Assembly: GCA_028285305.1 (NCBI GenBank)
Contig: JANQPV010000004.1
Location: 41,685 to 105,684 of the forward strand
Reading direction: 5' to 3'
Length of the DNA: 64,000 bases
From: Alphaproteobacteria bacterium
Lineage (GTDB): Bacteria > Pseudomonadota > Alphaproteobacteria > SMXP01
The notes below the pieces were generated by a model. It made no database searches, had not been told where the DNA came from, and was given only the letters and a program-made list of their open reading frames with translations. Positions 1-10,240 of this stretch are shown here, one piece after another (the first letter of the stretch is position 1; every line of letters begins with the position of its first letter). Made by a program: the position numbers and the translations under genes.

Positions 1-126
1 CGCCCCCGGACCACATGGATGCCATCGGGCATCGGTCTTGGCGAGGGCGAGCTTTTCGACGTCGAGGGCTTTATCGGACGTGTCACGATGTCCGTCGCAC
101 TTACCCCGTTTGAGCAGATCGGTTGA
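1..126 (+). CDS. 3' end of an upstream CDS (C-terminal 41 codons, function unknown)
   Basis: Open frame 1 runs from the window edge to a TGA at 124-126. GC-rich codon usage matches neighbouring genes. No recognisable domain. Confidence 0.25.
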   Translation, partial: RPRTTWMPSGIGLGEGELFDVEGFIGRVTMSVALTPFEQIG

Positions 127-132
127 GCTAAC

Positions 133-1032
133 ATGTTAAAAGGACTCGCTGCCCAACTCGACAAACGCAACTGGCGGGCTCGCATCTCAGACGCACGAAC
201 TGGATTTCCATCAACATCCTGCTCCCATATCGGGTTCTACGAAGACGATGATTGCTTGATCCGGTACCGAAAAGCGGGCCGCGGACCCGCAATGGTCTTT
301 CTCTGTGATGGACCCGCTACGCTTGAGCTTTACGACGCTCTCATTGAGCGATTAGCAAGCCGGTACACGGTCATCGCTTTTGAGACGCCCGGAAACGGTT
401 TCTCCGTCCCAAAACCCGCCTATAGCTTCTCTTTCCAAAGGACCAACAATACAGTTGCTCGTTTTCTAAAAACGATCGCTGGCGAGCGTTCCATTCTTGC
501 GTTTTCCTGCGGGGGCGCTTATTCGGCCATCGACATCGCCGTACGATTCCCGGAACTGTGCAGCCACCTAATCATCATCCAAGCACCGTCTTGGAGCGAA
601 GAGATGAGCTGGAAGAAGAGACGCGACCCCACGGGCGCGATTTCAACGCCGGTGATCGGCCAGATCCTGTTTCCCCGTATGATGAGAGCGCGAGCGCCTC
701 AATGGTACGAGCTCAGCATGGCGAAAACGTCACTGGTCAACCACTTTTGCTCGTGCACGGATATTGCCTTTTCAGAAGGTGCAACATTCGCCTTGCCCAC
801 CCTATTTCAGAACTATTTGGACGGCGCCGCCGCACCATTCGGTCTGGCGGAACAACCCGCCCTTGTCATTTGGGGCGAGCAAGACCGATCACACGAAGAA
901 ACGGACAAGGCATCCGCGAAAGAACTCGCAAAGAATGTGGACATGGTTTCGCTCTCACACGTCGGGCATTTCCCCGAATTGGAAGACCCCGAGAGTTTTG
1001 CAATTCTTGCAGCGGACTTTGCGGAACGTTAG
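133..1032 (+). CDS. alpha/beta-fold hydrolase
   Basis: 299-aa ORF. It has a nucleophile-elbow-like motif (AFSCGGAYSA) and a C-terminal HVGHFPELEDP typical of the alpha/beta hydrolase catalytic His region. High GC3. Confidence 0.65.
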   Translation: MLKGLAAQLDKRNWRARISDARTGFPSTSCSHIGFYEDDDCLIRYRKAGRGPAMVFLCDGPATLELYDALIERLASRYTVIAFETPGNGFSVPKPAYSFSFQRTNNTVARFLKTIAGERSILAFSCGGAYSAIDIAVRFPELCSHLIIIQAPSWSEEMSWKKRRDPTGAISTPVIGQILFPRMMRARAPQWYELSMAKTSLVNHFCSCTDIAFSEGATFALPTLFQNYLDGAAAPFGLAEQPALVIWGEQDRSHEETDKASAKELAKNVDMVSLSHVGHFPELEDPESFAILAADFAER

Positions 1033-1044
1033 CGGCGCGCACCC

Positions 1045-2400
1045 TCAAACCCTCAACAATCGCATCCAAACGCCCGCGATCACAAAGGTCGCTCCGTACA
1101 CAGTAAGAATAATGGGGATGCTGATGCTTGGCAAGACCGGCGCCATCACGAACAAGATGTGCAGGGTAATGACGAGGATGGCAATATTGAACACCGCCAG
1201 CTCGCGGGCTACGGGCGTTCGGAAATCGGGATCGAGCAAGCGCAGCAAAAGCAGTCCCGTGCCGGTCGAGCCGCAACAACACCCAAACGCGGCAATCGAG
1301 CGTTCCGGTCCGAAGTCGGCGGACACCCGGCTCATCCCGAAACAGAGCGCAGCTGTCACCACCGTCACCGCAACCGTCACCAGCAGAATCGGCAACCCAA
1401 TAGCGGCAAGGATGGCCACTTCAATGCTCATCACCGTACCAACCACCATGAAGTCGACGGACGCGCCGGTGATCATGCGCTGCGTGTCGTCATCCACAAA
1501 TCGGTCCCATTTCATCGCCTCGATCACCGAGCGGATCACCGCACACACCAACAGACCGTGCACAAAGAAAAGATTATAGGAAAAGAACACATTCATCGGG
1601 ATACCGAACAACGTGGCGTCCCCCACAAGGCCCCGCAAGAGCCCCAACCATTGATACGCGAGCATATAAGCAACCCCTAAAAGCCCGATGTGAAAAGCGA
1701 TGCTCTCCACGTTGCTGGCGTTCGTCACGTGGCGGCCGGTCTCGACCTTCGCATCCGCCGGGTAGAGCCCGCGCAGAAAATCAGGCGTGAGTTCGGCTGT
1801 CGTATTGGCATTGAGATTATGCCGCAACATCCACCGCGCGATTGGCACGCCGATCACAAACGACACCACAAAGCCGAGCGAGGCGTAGATGAGCCCAATC
1901 TTCGCCGCATCTTCGATGGAAAAATTCTCTTGCCAAATCGTGCCGAGCGCAAGCGCTTGACCTGGTCCTTGGGTAAAACCGTGGGCGACGATCATACCGA
2001 GATAGGCGCTGATGTCATCGCCAACAGCGGCATTGTAGGCGAGAATAACGCCGAGCCCCACTAGAGCCTGCATGACCAAGCTCATCGTCCACAGGAGAGC
2101 GAGCCACATCCCGCCTGAAAAATACCGATGCCCTTTGGCTTGTTCCTTTGGCCGGCCGGTCAGCACCAGCGACATAAAACTAAGTGTAAAGAAATGGAAC
2201 GTAAACGGAACAAAGTCGGAGGCGGTATACCCGAACCCAAACCCGGTATTGATCAAAATAAAGCCCAGCGTGCCGCCGATGATGGATGCCGGGATCAAGA
2301 ACGACTGCAACACCGGAACGGTCATCCGCAAGACCGAGCCCGCATAAAGCATGGCCGCCATAAAGGCGAACGCCATCACCCCCGGAAATGTCCCCTCCAT
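1045..2400 (-). CDS. gltS: sodium/glutamate symporter (GltS family) membrane transporter
   Basis: Polytopic membrane protein. Its C-terminal motif AAFGCCCGSTGTGLLLLRLLDPDFRTP aligns with the GltS AAGHCGFGLGATPTAIANM...ERFGPS re-entrant loop. I place the start at the ATG at 2400, which is preceded by AAGAGG; the longer 2562 ORF is probably N-extended. Confidence 0.55.
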   Translation of the reverse strand: MEGTFPGVMAFAFMAAMLYAGSVLRMTVPVLQSFLIPASIIGGTLGFILINTGFGFGYTASDFVPFTFHFFTLSFMSLVLTGRPKEQAKGHRYFSGGMWLALLWTMSLVMQALVGLGVILAYNAAVGDDISAYLGMIVAHGFTQGPGQALALGTIWQENFSIEDAAKIGLIYASLGFVVSFVIGVPIARWMLRHNLNANTTAELTPDFLRGLYPADAKVETGRHVTNASNVESIAFHIGLLGVAYMLAYQWLGLLRGLVGDATLFGIPMNVFFSYNLFFVHGLLVCAVIRSVIEAMKWDRFVDDDTQRMITGASVDFMVVGTVMSIEVAILAAIGLPILLVTVAVTVVTAALCFGMSRVSADFGPERSIAAFGCCCGSTGTGLLLLRLLDPDFRTPVARELAVFNIAILVITLHILFVMAPVLPSISIPIILTVYGATFVIAGVWMRLLRV

Positions 2401-2658
2401 GAACGTGCCTCTTTTCGTTTCGGCGCACGATATATGCCGGACAGCAGTCTGGCCATCGCTGAATTGAACGACCGACAGCGAATTTGGGATCTTAATCTTC
2501 CTCTTAGTTTCGTTTAGGCTGCAGACGACAGGAGAGACCGGGATACCTGCCGGCCGAAGCAAACAAGTTACCTAAGGCTGGCAAGAAGAAATCGCATCGG
2601 TCGCAGAGGGCAGGATTTGGTTTCAATACAAACAAAGAAAAAAGAGAGGAAAAGCAAA

Positions 2659-3501
2659 ATGGAAGAGTTTACAGGCAGGGTGGGTGTCGTCACAGGCGCC
2701 GCGAGCGGTATCGGTCGCGCGACAGCGGAGCGATTTGCAAGTGAAGGCATGAAGGTTGTTCTGGCAGATATCGAAGAGCCCGCACTCAACGGGGTCGTCA
2801 GCGAATTGAAGGACGCCGGCCATGATGTGATCAGTGTACCAACAGACGTCTCGGATTGGCAAGCCGTTCAGAACCTTGCGGACAAAACCATCAAGGCGTT
2901 TGGAGCGGTCCATGTCGTACACAACAATGCGGGTGTGGTTGTGTCCGGACCCATCGACGAACTCTCCATATCCGACTGGGACTGGGTTCTGGGCGTTGAC
3001 CTATGGAGCGTCATCTACGGCGTCAAAGCGTTTTTGCCGCTGATCAAACAAACGGGCGAGGGTCACATTATCAACACGGCCTCCACCGCGGGTCTTCAGT
3101 CCAACGCGGGGATCGGCCCTTACAACGTCGCCAAATTTGGCGTCGTTGCTCTAACGGAAACCCTCCGGCTTGAACTGGATGCCGCCAACTCTCCCGTCTC
3201 CGCCTCCGTGCTTTGTCCGGGCGCGATCAACACACAGATCGTCGCCAGCAAACGCAACCGCCCCACCGCTTCCGCCGCCGATCACAAACCGAGTGAGATC
3301 GAAAGCTCCTTCGAAAAGAATGCCGGCGCTCTTTTGCAGGAACAGGGCATGGCACCAGAGAAAGTGGCGGATATGATTGTGAACGCTGTCCGAACCAACG
3401 ACTTCTGGATCATCACCCACCCGGAATGGAAGAACGTGATGAAGGAGCGCGTGGCCGCAATGGGCAAAGACAATTCTCTACACAACGGCTTTGGCGGTTA
3501 G
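2659..3501 (+). CDS. short-chain dehydrogenase/reductase (SDR) family oxidoreductase
   Basis: TGAASGIGRA Rossmann motif and NNAG motif, with the YxxxK region implied. RBS GAGGAAAAG sits before the ATG at 2659. Confidence 0.8.
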   Translation: MEEFTGRVGVVTGAASGIGRATAERFASEGMKVVLADIEEPALNGVVSELKDAGHDVISVPTDVSDWQAVQNLADKTIKAFGAVHVVHNNAGVVVSGPIDELSISDWDWVLGVDLWSVIYGVKAFLPLIKQTGEGHIINTASTAGLQSNAGIGPYNVAKFGVVALTETLRLELDAANSPVSASVLCPGAINTQIVASKRNRPTASAADHKPSEIESSFEKNAGALLQEQGMAPEKVADMIVNAVRTNDFWIITHPEWKNVMKERVAAMGKDNSLHNGFGG

Positions 3502-3554
3502 ACAGCTGGCGAGGACGCCTGATTGCCCACCTGGTCGAGAGGTCGGAAAGCCGC

Positions 3555-4073
3555 TCAAATAGCGTGACCTGGAATAGGGCAGTCAGTGCACGTCCGGACG
3601 GAGCAGAGGCGGCAGATGCGGTGTTTTGCCATTTCGGTCTCCGGTAGATTCGTCAGCACCTTTGCAAGCAAATCCCCAAGGATCATCCGCTCGTCGGTCG
3701 AGAGCCCCATAAGGGCCGCTTCCAGGGTTTCGAGACGGCGGTCCATCAGCTTTTGACGCAGCTTGCTGCCCTTTCGAGTCAGATGCAGCGCAACGGCTCG
3801 GCCATCTTCAGCCCTGCGTCGTTCGACAATGCCGTCCTCTTCCAGGCGGTCGATCAAACGCACTGTGCCGGGATGCGAAAGATCGAGAACCTGGCGAAGA
3901 ATTTCAACCGACAGGCCGGGCGCATATCCAAGCACGATGATGGCCGCGGCCGTCTCGCCGGAGCGATCGAATGTCGTTTTCATGTCTGACTTAAGGCGGT
4001 CGGTCAGTCCGAGGGCGAGCGCCCCAAGCAAGTTCGTCGTGCGATCCATCTCGTCAATGTATGCATAACGCAT
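3555..4073 (-). CDS. MarR family transcriptional regulator
   Basis: Winged-HTH MarR-like sequence (LTRKGSKLRQKLMDRRLETLEAAL...). Start assigned to MRYAYIDEM at 4073. It is divergent from the VOC gene. Confidence 0.75.
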   Translation of the reverse strand: MRYAYIDEMDRTTNLLGALALGLTDRLKSDMKTTFDRSGETAAAIIVLGYAPGLSVEILRQVLDLSHPGTVRLIDRLEEDGIVERRRAEDGRAVALHLTRKGSKLRQKLMDRRLETLEAALMGLSTDERMILGDLLAKVLTNLPETEMAKHRICRLCSVRTCTDCPIPGHAI

Positions 4074-4191
4074 AGTTTTCGCAACTGTAGGATTGACATA
4101 TATATGCGTCATGCATATTACATGAGCGAACCGAGTTTTCAACGCGACCCATTTCCGCAAACCACCGCGGCGGATAAAAGGAGACGGTAGA

Positions 4192-4788
4192 ATGCATGAG
4201 CTGGCGAAGGACGCCTCCACCACATTAGCCAATGCCGACGAAGCTCAAGCGGAAGGGAACTATGAGGAACGCGTTTTCTGCGCCGCAGCCCAGCCGACGT
4301 TGCACCATGTCAGTCTGTTCGTCTCGGATCTGGAGGCGTCCATAGTGTTCTATACATCCGGGCTCGGATTGACCTTACGAGAAGAGTTCGACGACATCAT
4401 CGGGCTCCGGGCTTCCGGAGACTTTCCATTCCACGTCGCGAGCATCTTCTTGGAAGCAGGAGACGGGCGCTATGTCGAGCTGCACCCGGCCGGTGACGGT
4501 GCGATGTCGCCGCCTGGATTCCCCATGAATCATCTCGCCCTTGCTGTGGTCGATGTTGATGCCGCATACGATCGGGCGCTCACCGCCGGCGCCACGCCTT
4601 TCGGCTTTACATTGCACACGGAGCATTGGGATGGAGCACCACTTGACGTCATCATGTCCGGGGAGCGTCCCGAGCCCATGCGCATGGCCTTTCTTCAAGG
4701 TCCGAGCGGGGAACTGATCGAACTGTACCAGGCGTCCCCACGGGATTCCATGTCAAGTGAATACAAAAACCATCCGAGGCAAAAATGA
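4192..4788 (+). CDS. VOC (glyoxalase/bleomycin-resistance/dioxygenase) family protein
   Basis: HHVSLFVSDLEASIVFY and NHLALAVVDVDAAY are the paired beta-alpha-beta-beta-beta VOC modules. Start is uncertain. Confidence 0.6.
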   Translation: MHELAKDASTTLANADEAQAEGNYEERVFCAAAQPTLHHVSLFVSDLEASIVFYTSGLGLTLREEFDDIIGLRASGDFPFHVASIFLEAGDGRYVELHPAGDGAMSPPGFPMNHLALAVVDVDAAYDRALTAGATPFGFTLHTEHWDGAPLDVIMSGERPEPMRMAFLQGPSGELIELYQASPRDSMSSEYKNHPRQK

Positions 4789-5399
4789 CAGATAGAATTC
4801 GCAGACGCATGCTTATTGGCGCAGGGATTGTGGGAGCAGCCGCACTTGTTGGGCGCAGTAAGGCAAACGCAGCGGAGTTGGATGCCGACGGCTTGAAGCT
4901 CAGCCCCGAAGGCTGGGACGCGGACGCCCCGCCTGAGTTGGACTTCTTATTTGAGGCCCGCGTGAAACTGCATCTCCCCGCTTTGGAAACAGCGCCCATG
5001 TCCGACGGCAATCGCGTGATCTTTCTGGTGAAGGGCGGGACCTTCGAGGGGCCACACCTGCGCGGGCGCGTGGTGCCGGACGCGGGCGCCGACTGGATCC
5101 GCATCCGTCCGGACGGAACCGGCGTGCTGGACGTGCGCTTCTGCCTGGAAACCCATGACAACGCTTTAATCTACGCCCATTGGCAGGGACGCACGTGGTC
5201 AGCGCCTGAAGACGCTCAGTATGCGTTTGATGTGGAAAAGCCGGACGATCCGGCCGGCGCCTGGCGCTACTACTTTCGCTCGGCGCCTTTTTTTGAAACC
5301 GGCGACCCGCGGTATGCCTGGCTTAACAACATTGTTGCTGTGTCCAAGTCCAGAACGGGCGACGGCGGCCCGATCCACCGCGTCTTCGCGGTGAAGTGA
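4785..5399 (+). CDS. Tat-signal periplasmic protein of unknown function (DUF3237-like)
   Basis: Twin-arginine motif RRRMLIGAGIVGAAALVG. ATGA overlap with the upstream gene. No catalytic motif recognised. Confidence 0.45.
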   Translation: MTDRIRRRMLIGAGIVGAAALVGRSKANAAELDADGLKLSPEGWDADAPPELDFLFEARVKLHLPALETAPMSDGNRVIFLVKGGTFEGPHLRGRVVPDAGADWIRIRPDGTGVLDVRFCLETHDNALIYAHWQGRTWSAPEDAQYAFDVEKPDDPAGAWRYYFRSAPFFETGDPRYAWLNNIVAVSKSRTGDGGPIHRVFAVK

Positions 5400-5598
5400 A
5401 CAAAGCAGCAGTGCACTTGCCGACTGGAGAGTTTGAATGCGGACGTCTCGCCTCCAGACTTTCGCGATCATCATCCAAGTGAGATCGAATATCGGAACGA
5501 CCACCAGCAACACGCGCCAAGCCACATGGGCTAAACGCTATTCGCAATGGTGTTCACTCAATCCAATTTCTTAAGGGTGTTGTTGATATGAGTCTTCA

Positions 5599-5952
5599 AT
5601 GTCCTTGCTCTTCGCATATGTACTGGTCCCCTTCACCGTCGTTCCCTATTGGGTTCCATTCGTCGCACGAGGCTGGATATCAATTGGGCTTGTCGGACTC
5701 CTTGGAACCTTAGCTTTGGGAATCTCGTCTTATTTGTACACGGGATGTATCCTGACGATTGCTTGTACTCCTCGCGAAGACGCCGCATATTTTCTTCCAA
5801 TCACAGCCACCCTGATGTTTTATACAGGCCTCCTGGTGCGCTCGATCACCATCTTGGATCACGACAAAGCCCAGTACCCCAAAGGCTTGGCGTTCTACGT
5901 TTTTGGATTATTGCTGTTGCTGCTCGGTTTGTACGCTGCAATTCGCTTCTAG
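5599..5952 (+). CDS. small hydrophobic membrane protein (hypothetical)
   Basis: 117-aa ORF with 3-4 predicted TM helices. It lies at the edge of a lower-GC region. Confidence 0.3.
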   Translation: MSLLFAYVLVPFTVVPYWVPFVARGWISIGLVGLLGTLALGISSYLYTGCILTIACTPREDAAYFLPITATLMFYTGLLVRSITILDHDKAQYPKGLAFYVFGLLLLLLGLYAAIRF

Positions 5953-6082
5953 CGTAGGCGACCGCCACACTATTTCGATTAGTGTTAAGAGATTTGACTT
6001 CCTGTGCGTGCTAATTTTAGCGACGAAAGCAGACCTTTTGGCTCAACGATCGAACGTTCGAAATTAGCTGGCTGAGGGCAAA

Positions 6083-7138
6083 TTGACCCCGCGTTCTACA
6101 TCAAGATTGTCGCAAAACCGTGATTCCTCGATCATTCGATGGTCGGTTTCGCTCGCGGTCTTGCTCGGCTCTTTGTTTGGTTCCGAAGTCTCCGCGAACC
6201 CGAAATATCTTTACTTTGAACTTGCTGCGGAGTTTGAGGCGGAGGGAAAACACTGGCTTGAATCGAGAGTTTTGAGGTGCAAATTCCAAAAGGGAAGCGC
6301 GCTGTTCTTTTCGCATCCGACATATAACTCTGGATACAGAATAGACAGGCATCAAGTGTTAGCGGTAGCCCTGCCCTCAGGTGCAGGTGTAATTATTCGC
6401 CCCGTTTCTTTTGATCATCTGTGTGATCGAATTTGGCCTGTTTGGGAGCAGTCTGGAGAACACAAGCTGCCGGAGTCACATCATCAAACAATTGGAAAAT
6501 TCCCTTACATCTATTGGCTGGACGACGCGCATGAGCCTCGCGTGATTGAACAATACACTTCATCAGAACAAGGAGAGGAGTCAGCGGTCCGGGTTAGGTT
6601 CATTGGATTGAAGGCCCGAGCTTTGGCGCACGCCAAGTTATCTAAACCCGCAGATGAGGTGACATGGCTGAAGTCCTGGAAGAAGAAGCACTCGAATGTC
6701 AGCTTTGAGGCTAAATCAGTGCGTTGGATCCCCGAGTCTGTGTGGAGAAATCATCCAATCATTGCCGAACAACTTGCAAGGCAAATCAACTCCACTTCTT
6801 ACTCTATTGGCGAACTAAAGACAGACATCTCATTCAAACGCCTTCCCGCAATCTTACGAAATGCAACTTGGGACGGACAGACACTCAAAGTGGGGAGCGA
6901 TGGTATCGGAAATTGTGACGTTAGTTGCATAAGGTTTGTTGTTCAGCTCGAAACCCCAGATGTTTCCGATGCGAGGGTAAGCGGCAATCAGGGCTCCCAA
7001 AGCCTTTCCGTCGACGGAGAAGACATTGGTTTGACCACAAACGGTCCCATATGGACGCACCAGTTCTTTCAAAGCTCAACAAGAGCACTCATTGTTCCCG
7101 AAGAAAGAGACTTGCATTGGCCCAACCTCACAAGATGA
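6083..7138 (+). CDS. hypothetical secreted protein
   Basis: 351-aa ORF in a lower-GC segment with an N-terminal signal-like hydrophobic stretch (WSVSLAVLLGSLFGSEVSA). No recognisable domain. Confidence 0.4.
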   Translation: MTPRSTSRLSQNRDSSIIRWSVSLAVLLGSLFGSEVSANPKYLYFELAAEFEAEGKHWLESRVLRCKFQKGSALFFSHPTYNSGYRIDRHQVLAVALPSGAGVIIRPVSFDHLCDRIWPVWEQSGEHKLPESHHQTIGKFPYIYWLDDAHEPRVIEQYTSSEQGEESAVRVRFIGLKARALAHAKLSKPADEVTWLKSWKKKHSNVSFEAKSVRWIPESVWRNHPIIAEQLARQINSTSYSIGELKTDISFKRLPAILRNATWDGQTLKVGSDGIGNCDVSCIRFVVQLETPDVSDARVSGNQGSQSLSVDGEDIGLTTNGPIWTHQFFQSSTRALIVPEERDLHWPNLTR

Positions 7139-7230
7139 GGGAGTCAAAAAATAAGGCCAACTCACAACTCACGATTTTGGCTGATCAGCTTTAGCTAAAT
7201 GCTCCCCGCACGACACTACGTCATATGGTG

Positions 7231-7695
7231 TTAAATGATTTCAGACGTTTCAGGAGATTTGATGCAGTGGGTTGATTCTGAATGGTTGATCCGATCAAAC
7301 CCGCACCGCCCATAGAAGTTCGATGCGGACGACGTGTCGGAACGCAAGCGCACCTCATGAAATTCGCGTTGTGCAGTGATGAGAAGCTTCTGCACCAATG
7401 CCTCGCCAACGCCTCCCCTTCGATACATTTTCAGAACAAAGACATGTCGAATCCGACCTATCTTACAACTTTCAGCGTAAGGATCACGATTCAAGCCACC
7501 AATGCCAATCAATCGCTCGTCAATGAATGCTCCAAGGAGCACCTCACCAAGCCCGTCAAAACGATTGGAGCCATTAAACCATTCCCTCTCAAGCCTTGCT
7601 ATGAAACGAAAACCTTCATGATCTGCATTCGCAATCAATTCTGACATGGGAAGGTGATCGAGCGATATTTGATCAGTTTGAAAAGGAGCGCTCAT
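7231..7695 (-). CDS. GNAT family N-acetyltransferase
   Basis: Acetyl-CoA binding motif RRGGVGEALV (Q/RxxGxG/A). Confidence 0.6.
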   Translation of the reverse strand: MSAPFQTDQISLDHLPMSELIANADHEGFRFIARLEREWFNGSNRFDGLGEVLLGAFIDERLIGIGGLNRDPYAESCKIGRIRHVFVLKMYRRGGVGEALVQKLLITAQREFHEVRLRSDTSSASNFYGRCGFDRINHSESTHCIKSPETSEII

Positions 7696-8321
7696 AAGCT
7701 AAAGGATAACACAAACGCATCCTCTCAGGAGAGGTGAATGAGCAATCCAATCGCAGTCATTGGAACATCATGGCCCAATATTCGGGTGGCTCTTTATCGC
7801 CGCAATGACGGTTTCTATCAGTTCTTCGAAGAACATTGGCGCTGCGATGATAACTCAGACTATCACTGGGTAAGCCTCGGGAAGTCTGGAATCTACGACA
7901 ATTGCGAATTAGCTCGTTGCGACATGATACCCTTCGCGCAAAACATTGAAGAAACTTAGCTACACTTTCTTGCGCTAAGACAATGCTGCAAAAACTACGC
8001 CGAATAACACTATCCCTATAGTGTCAAACGTCGGCATTTGGGCACAAGCCAACATCGGCTCCTGCAGGTAAAGCGAAGCCACTGAGCTCGACAAATGTTC
8101 AAGACTATTCCCGAAGACTGTTAAACTTCGCGTTCAAGTTCGCCCGGGAAGCCGCAGACTTCCATCACACAAGAGCACCTGAAACAAGCGATCTTGCGCT
8201 CTTTCCGATGGGCGCATGTGCTACCCACTCCAACATACCGTGGAGGTAGATGCCTAACTAGCGAAGGCCAAAAAAACCAGCTGCCCAGACAATAAAGGGA
8301 TCAGACCCCTTATCACCACAC

Positions 8322-9257
8322 TTACACCATCCTGCGCGACGCCGCCTCGCTGTTCTCCCGCCCAGGCCATTCAGAGTAGCGCAGCGACATCTTAATGGGC
8401 TTGTCGTTCATATCCACCATGTCGATAGTCGTTGCGGGCACCCGGCGCATCTCGTCCTGACCGGCCATATGCACCACACTCACCGGTTCATATGGCGGTC
8501 CATAATCGACAAAGAGATTACGCTCTGTGTCATAGCGCCAGGGATCCGAGTGATAGTTGCACCATTCTGGCAAAGTCTCGTGCGGCAGGCCTTCGTGGTA
8601 ACAGACAATGCCCATAGCGAGCTGATCCGACGTGAACGGACGGCCGCGCTTCAAACACTCATCTTGCCAATATTGCATCCGCGCCCAATGAGGCGCATCC
8701 CGGTGGAGCGCATAGACCCCGGCATTCAGCGTTGCCCTGAGCGCCATGGAATCCACAATCGAACTGGGCAGGCGCGCTTTAATCGCATTTTTGAGAAGAA
8801 TGTTCCGTGGCTGGCCCACATGCTTTCGGAAGAGCCACCGCATCGAAATCGTCTGGGCCTCATAGCGGTTGGCCTGTGAAACAATCGCCAGCTTCTTTTT
8901 GTTGGAGGCCGACAGCAAAAGCGGGATCACATCCCATGTCTGCAGCCAGGCATCTCCGTCTATCCAGATGACAGTCTCATAATCAGGGAACAAACGATTA
9001 AGGTGGGGTTTCCACATATTGGAAAGGAGCCGCAGCTGACCCTCGCACTTTGCTTCGGAAAAGACTGTCGGCCATTTCGTCTCGGTCACTTGAACGCTGA
9101 GCTCAGCACACCGGTTTAGTTGCGCCTCGTCAAATCCCCCATTGATGAGAGCAAGGGGCGCCTCGGGGTCGAGGCGGCGCACTGACAGGCAGAGTTCCTC
9201 AAGCAGCGGGAAGTAGCCGTGATCCCCCCCCGAAACGATGACAAAGCCTTTGGTCAT
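8322..9257 (-). CDS. putative glycosyltransferase (GT8-like, nucleotide-diphospho-sugar transferase fold)
   Basis: N-terminal FVIVSGGDHGYFPLLEE, IWIDGDAW (DxD-like) and a distal His-containing region resemble the GT8 family layout. Confidence 0.4.
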   Translation of the reverse strand: MTKGFVIVSGGDHGYFPLLEELCLSVRRLDPEAPLALINGGFDEAQLNRCAELSVQVTETKWPTVFSEAKCEGQLRLLSNMWKPHLNRLFPDYETVIWIDGDAWLQTWDVIPLLLSASNKKKLAIVSQANRYEAQTISMRWLFRKHVGQPRNILLKNAIKARLPSSIVDSMALRATLNAGVYALHRDAPHWARMQYWQDECLKRGRPFTSDQLAMGIVCYHEGLPHETLPEWCNYHSDPWRYDTERNLFVDYGPPYEPVSVVHMAGQDEMRRVPATTIDMVDMNDKPIKMSLRYSEWPGRENSEAASRRMV

Positions 9258-9285
9258 GGCCCCACCCTAACCTCGCGGGGCTTTT

Positions 9286-10194
9286 CTAGCTTCCCGCGGA
9301 CAGCAACCTGCAGATTTCATCCAGCTGTTCAAGAGACTTGTAAGCAATCCGCACCGATCCGCCTTCAGAGCCCGGCTTGGAATCAATCAGCACCTTCAAG
9401 CCGATCGTGGTTGAAAGATTGTCCTCCAGGGCCAAGGTATCTGCATCCTTTTCAACCGGCACCGGCCTTGGCTTTTGGCTCTCGTCTTTGCCGCCCTTTT
9501 TGAGGTCCCGAACGAGCGCCTCGGTCTGGCGGACATTCAGACCCTCGTCCACCACCATCTTGGCAACCGCCTCCAAATTCTCCAGGCCAATGAGCGCGCG
9601 CGCATGCCCGGCCGACAACTGACCTTCAAAGAGCAGGCGCTGCAAATTTTCCGGCAGTCCCAGCAAACGCAAAAGATTGGCGATATGACTGCGGCTCTTC
9701 CCGACCACCTGCGCCAACTTTTCCTGGGTATGGTCAAACTCGTCAATCAAGGCTTGATAGGCCCGCGCCTCTTCTATCGGATTTAAATCCGACCGCTGAA
9801 CGTTTTCAATGAGAGACAGCTCAAACGTTTCTTGATCCGTCAGATTCTTGACCAAGACTGGAACCTTATGCAGGCCCGCCTTTTGCGAAGCGCGCCATCG
9901 CCGCTCGCCCGCAACGATCTGAAAGGAATCCGCCGCATCTGCCACCGGTCTTACGATGATAGGCTGCAAGACCCCCTTCTCCCGGATCGAAGACGTCAGC
10001 TCATTAATTTCCACATCGTCGAATTGACGGCGCGGCTGATAGGGATTGGGCTGCAGGAACTCAATCGGCAACTCCTGGGCGGAGCTGGGCATCTTCGGTT
10101 CTGGCGCGTCTTGGCTGTCCGGATCGAACTCCGTATCGCCGAGCAAGACGGCAAGCCCGCGCCCCAACCTTTTTTGTTTTGCTTGTTCTGCCAT
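9286..10194 (-). CDS. parB: chromosome partitioning protein ParB
   Basis: KRLGRGLAVLLG N-terminal motif, the IVAGERRWRA ParB box and an HTH region. Lies downstream of parA. Confidence 0.9.
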   Translation of the reverse strand: MAEQAKQKRLGRGLAVLLGDTEFDPDSQDAPEPKMPSSAQELPIEFLQPNPYQPRRQFDDVEINELTSSIREKGVLQPIIVRPVADAADSFQIVAGERRWRASQKAGLHKVPVLVKNLTDQETFELSLIENVQRSDLNPIEEARAYQALIDEFDHTQEKLAQVVGKSRSHIANLLRLLGLPENLQRLLFEGQLSAGHARALIGLENLEAVAKMVVDEGLNVRQTEALVRDLKKGGKDESQKPRPVPVEKDADTLALEDNLSTTIGLKVLIDSKPGSEGGSVRIAYKSLEQLDEICRLLSAGS

Positions 10195-10240
10195 TTAGTC
10201 CGTATGCCCTTCAGTTAAACGCAAGTTGGGAGCTGCTCCG

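Noticed and set aside
558-1680. Overlapping ORFs (558-1106 +, 764-1579 +, 1159-1680 +, 866-1282 -)
   Set aside because: Alternative or antisense frames of the alpha/beta hydrolase and GltS-like transporter genes. Arg/Pro/His-rich low-complexity translations typical of GC-rich off-frames.
7231-7695. GNAT gene as a TacT/AtaT-type toxin of a toxin-antitoxin pair
   Set aside because: No upstream co-oriented small antitoxin ORF (DUF1778/RHH). The sequence looks like an ordinary housekeeping GNAT.
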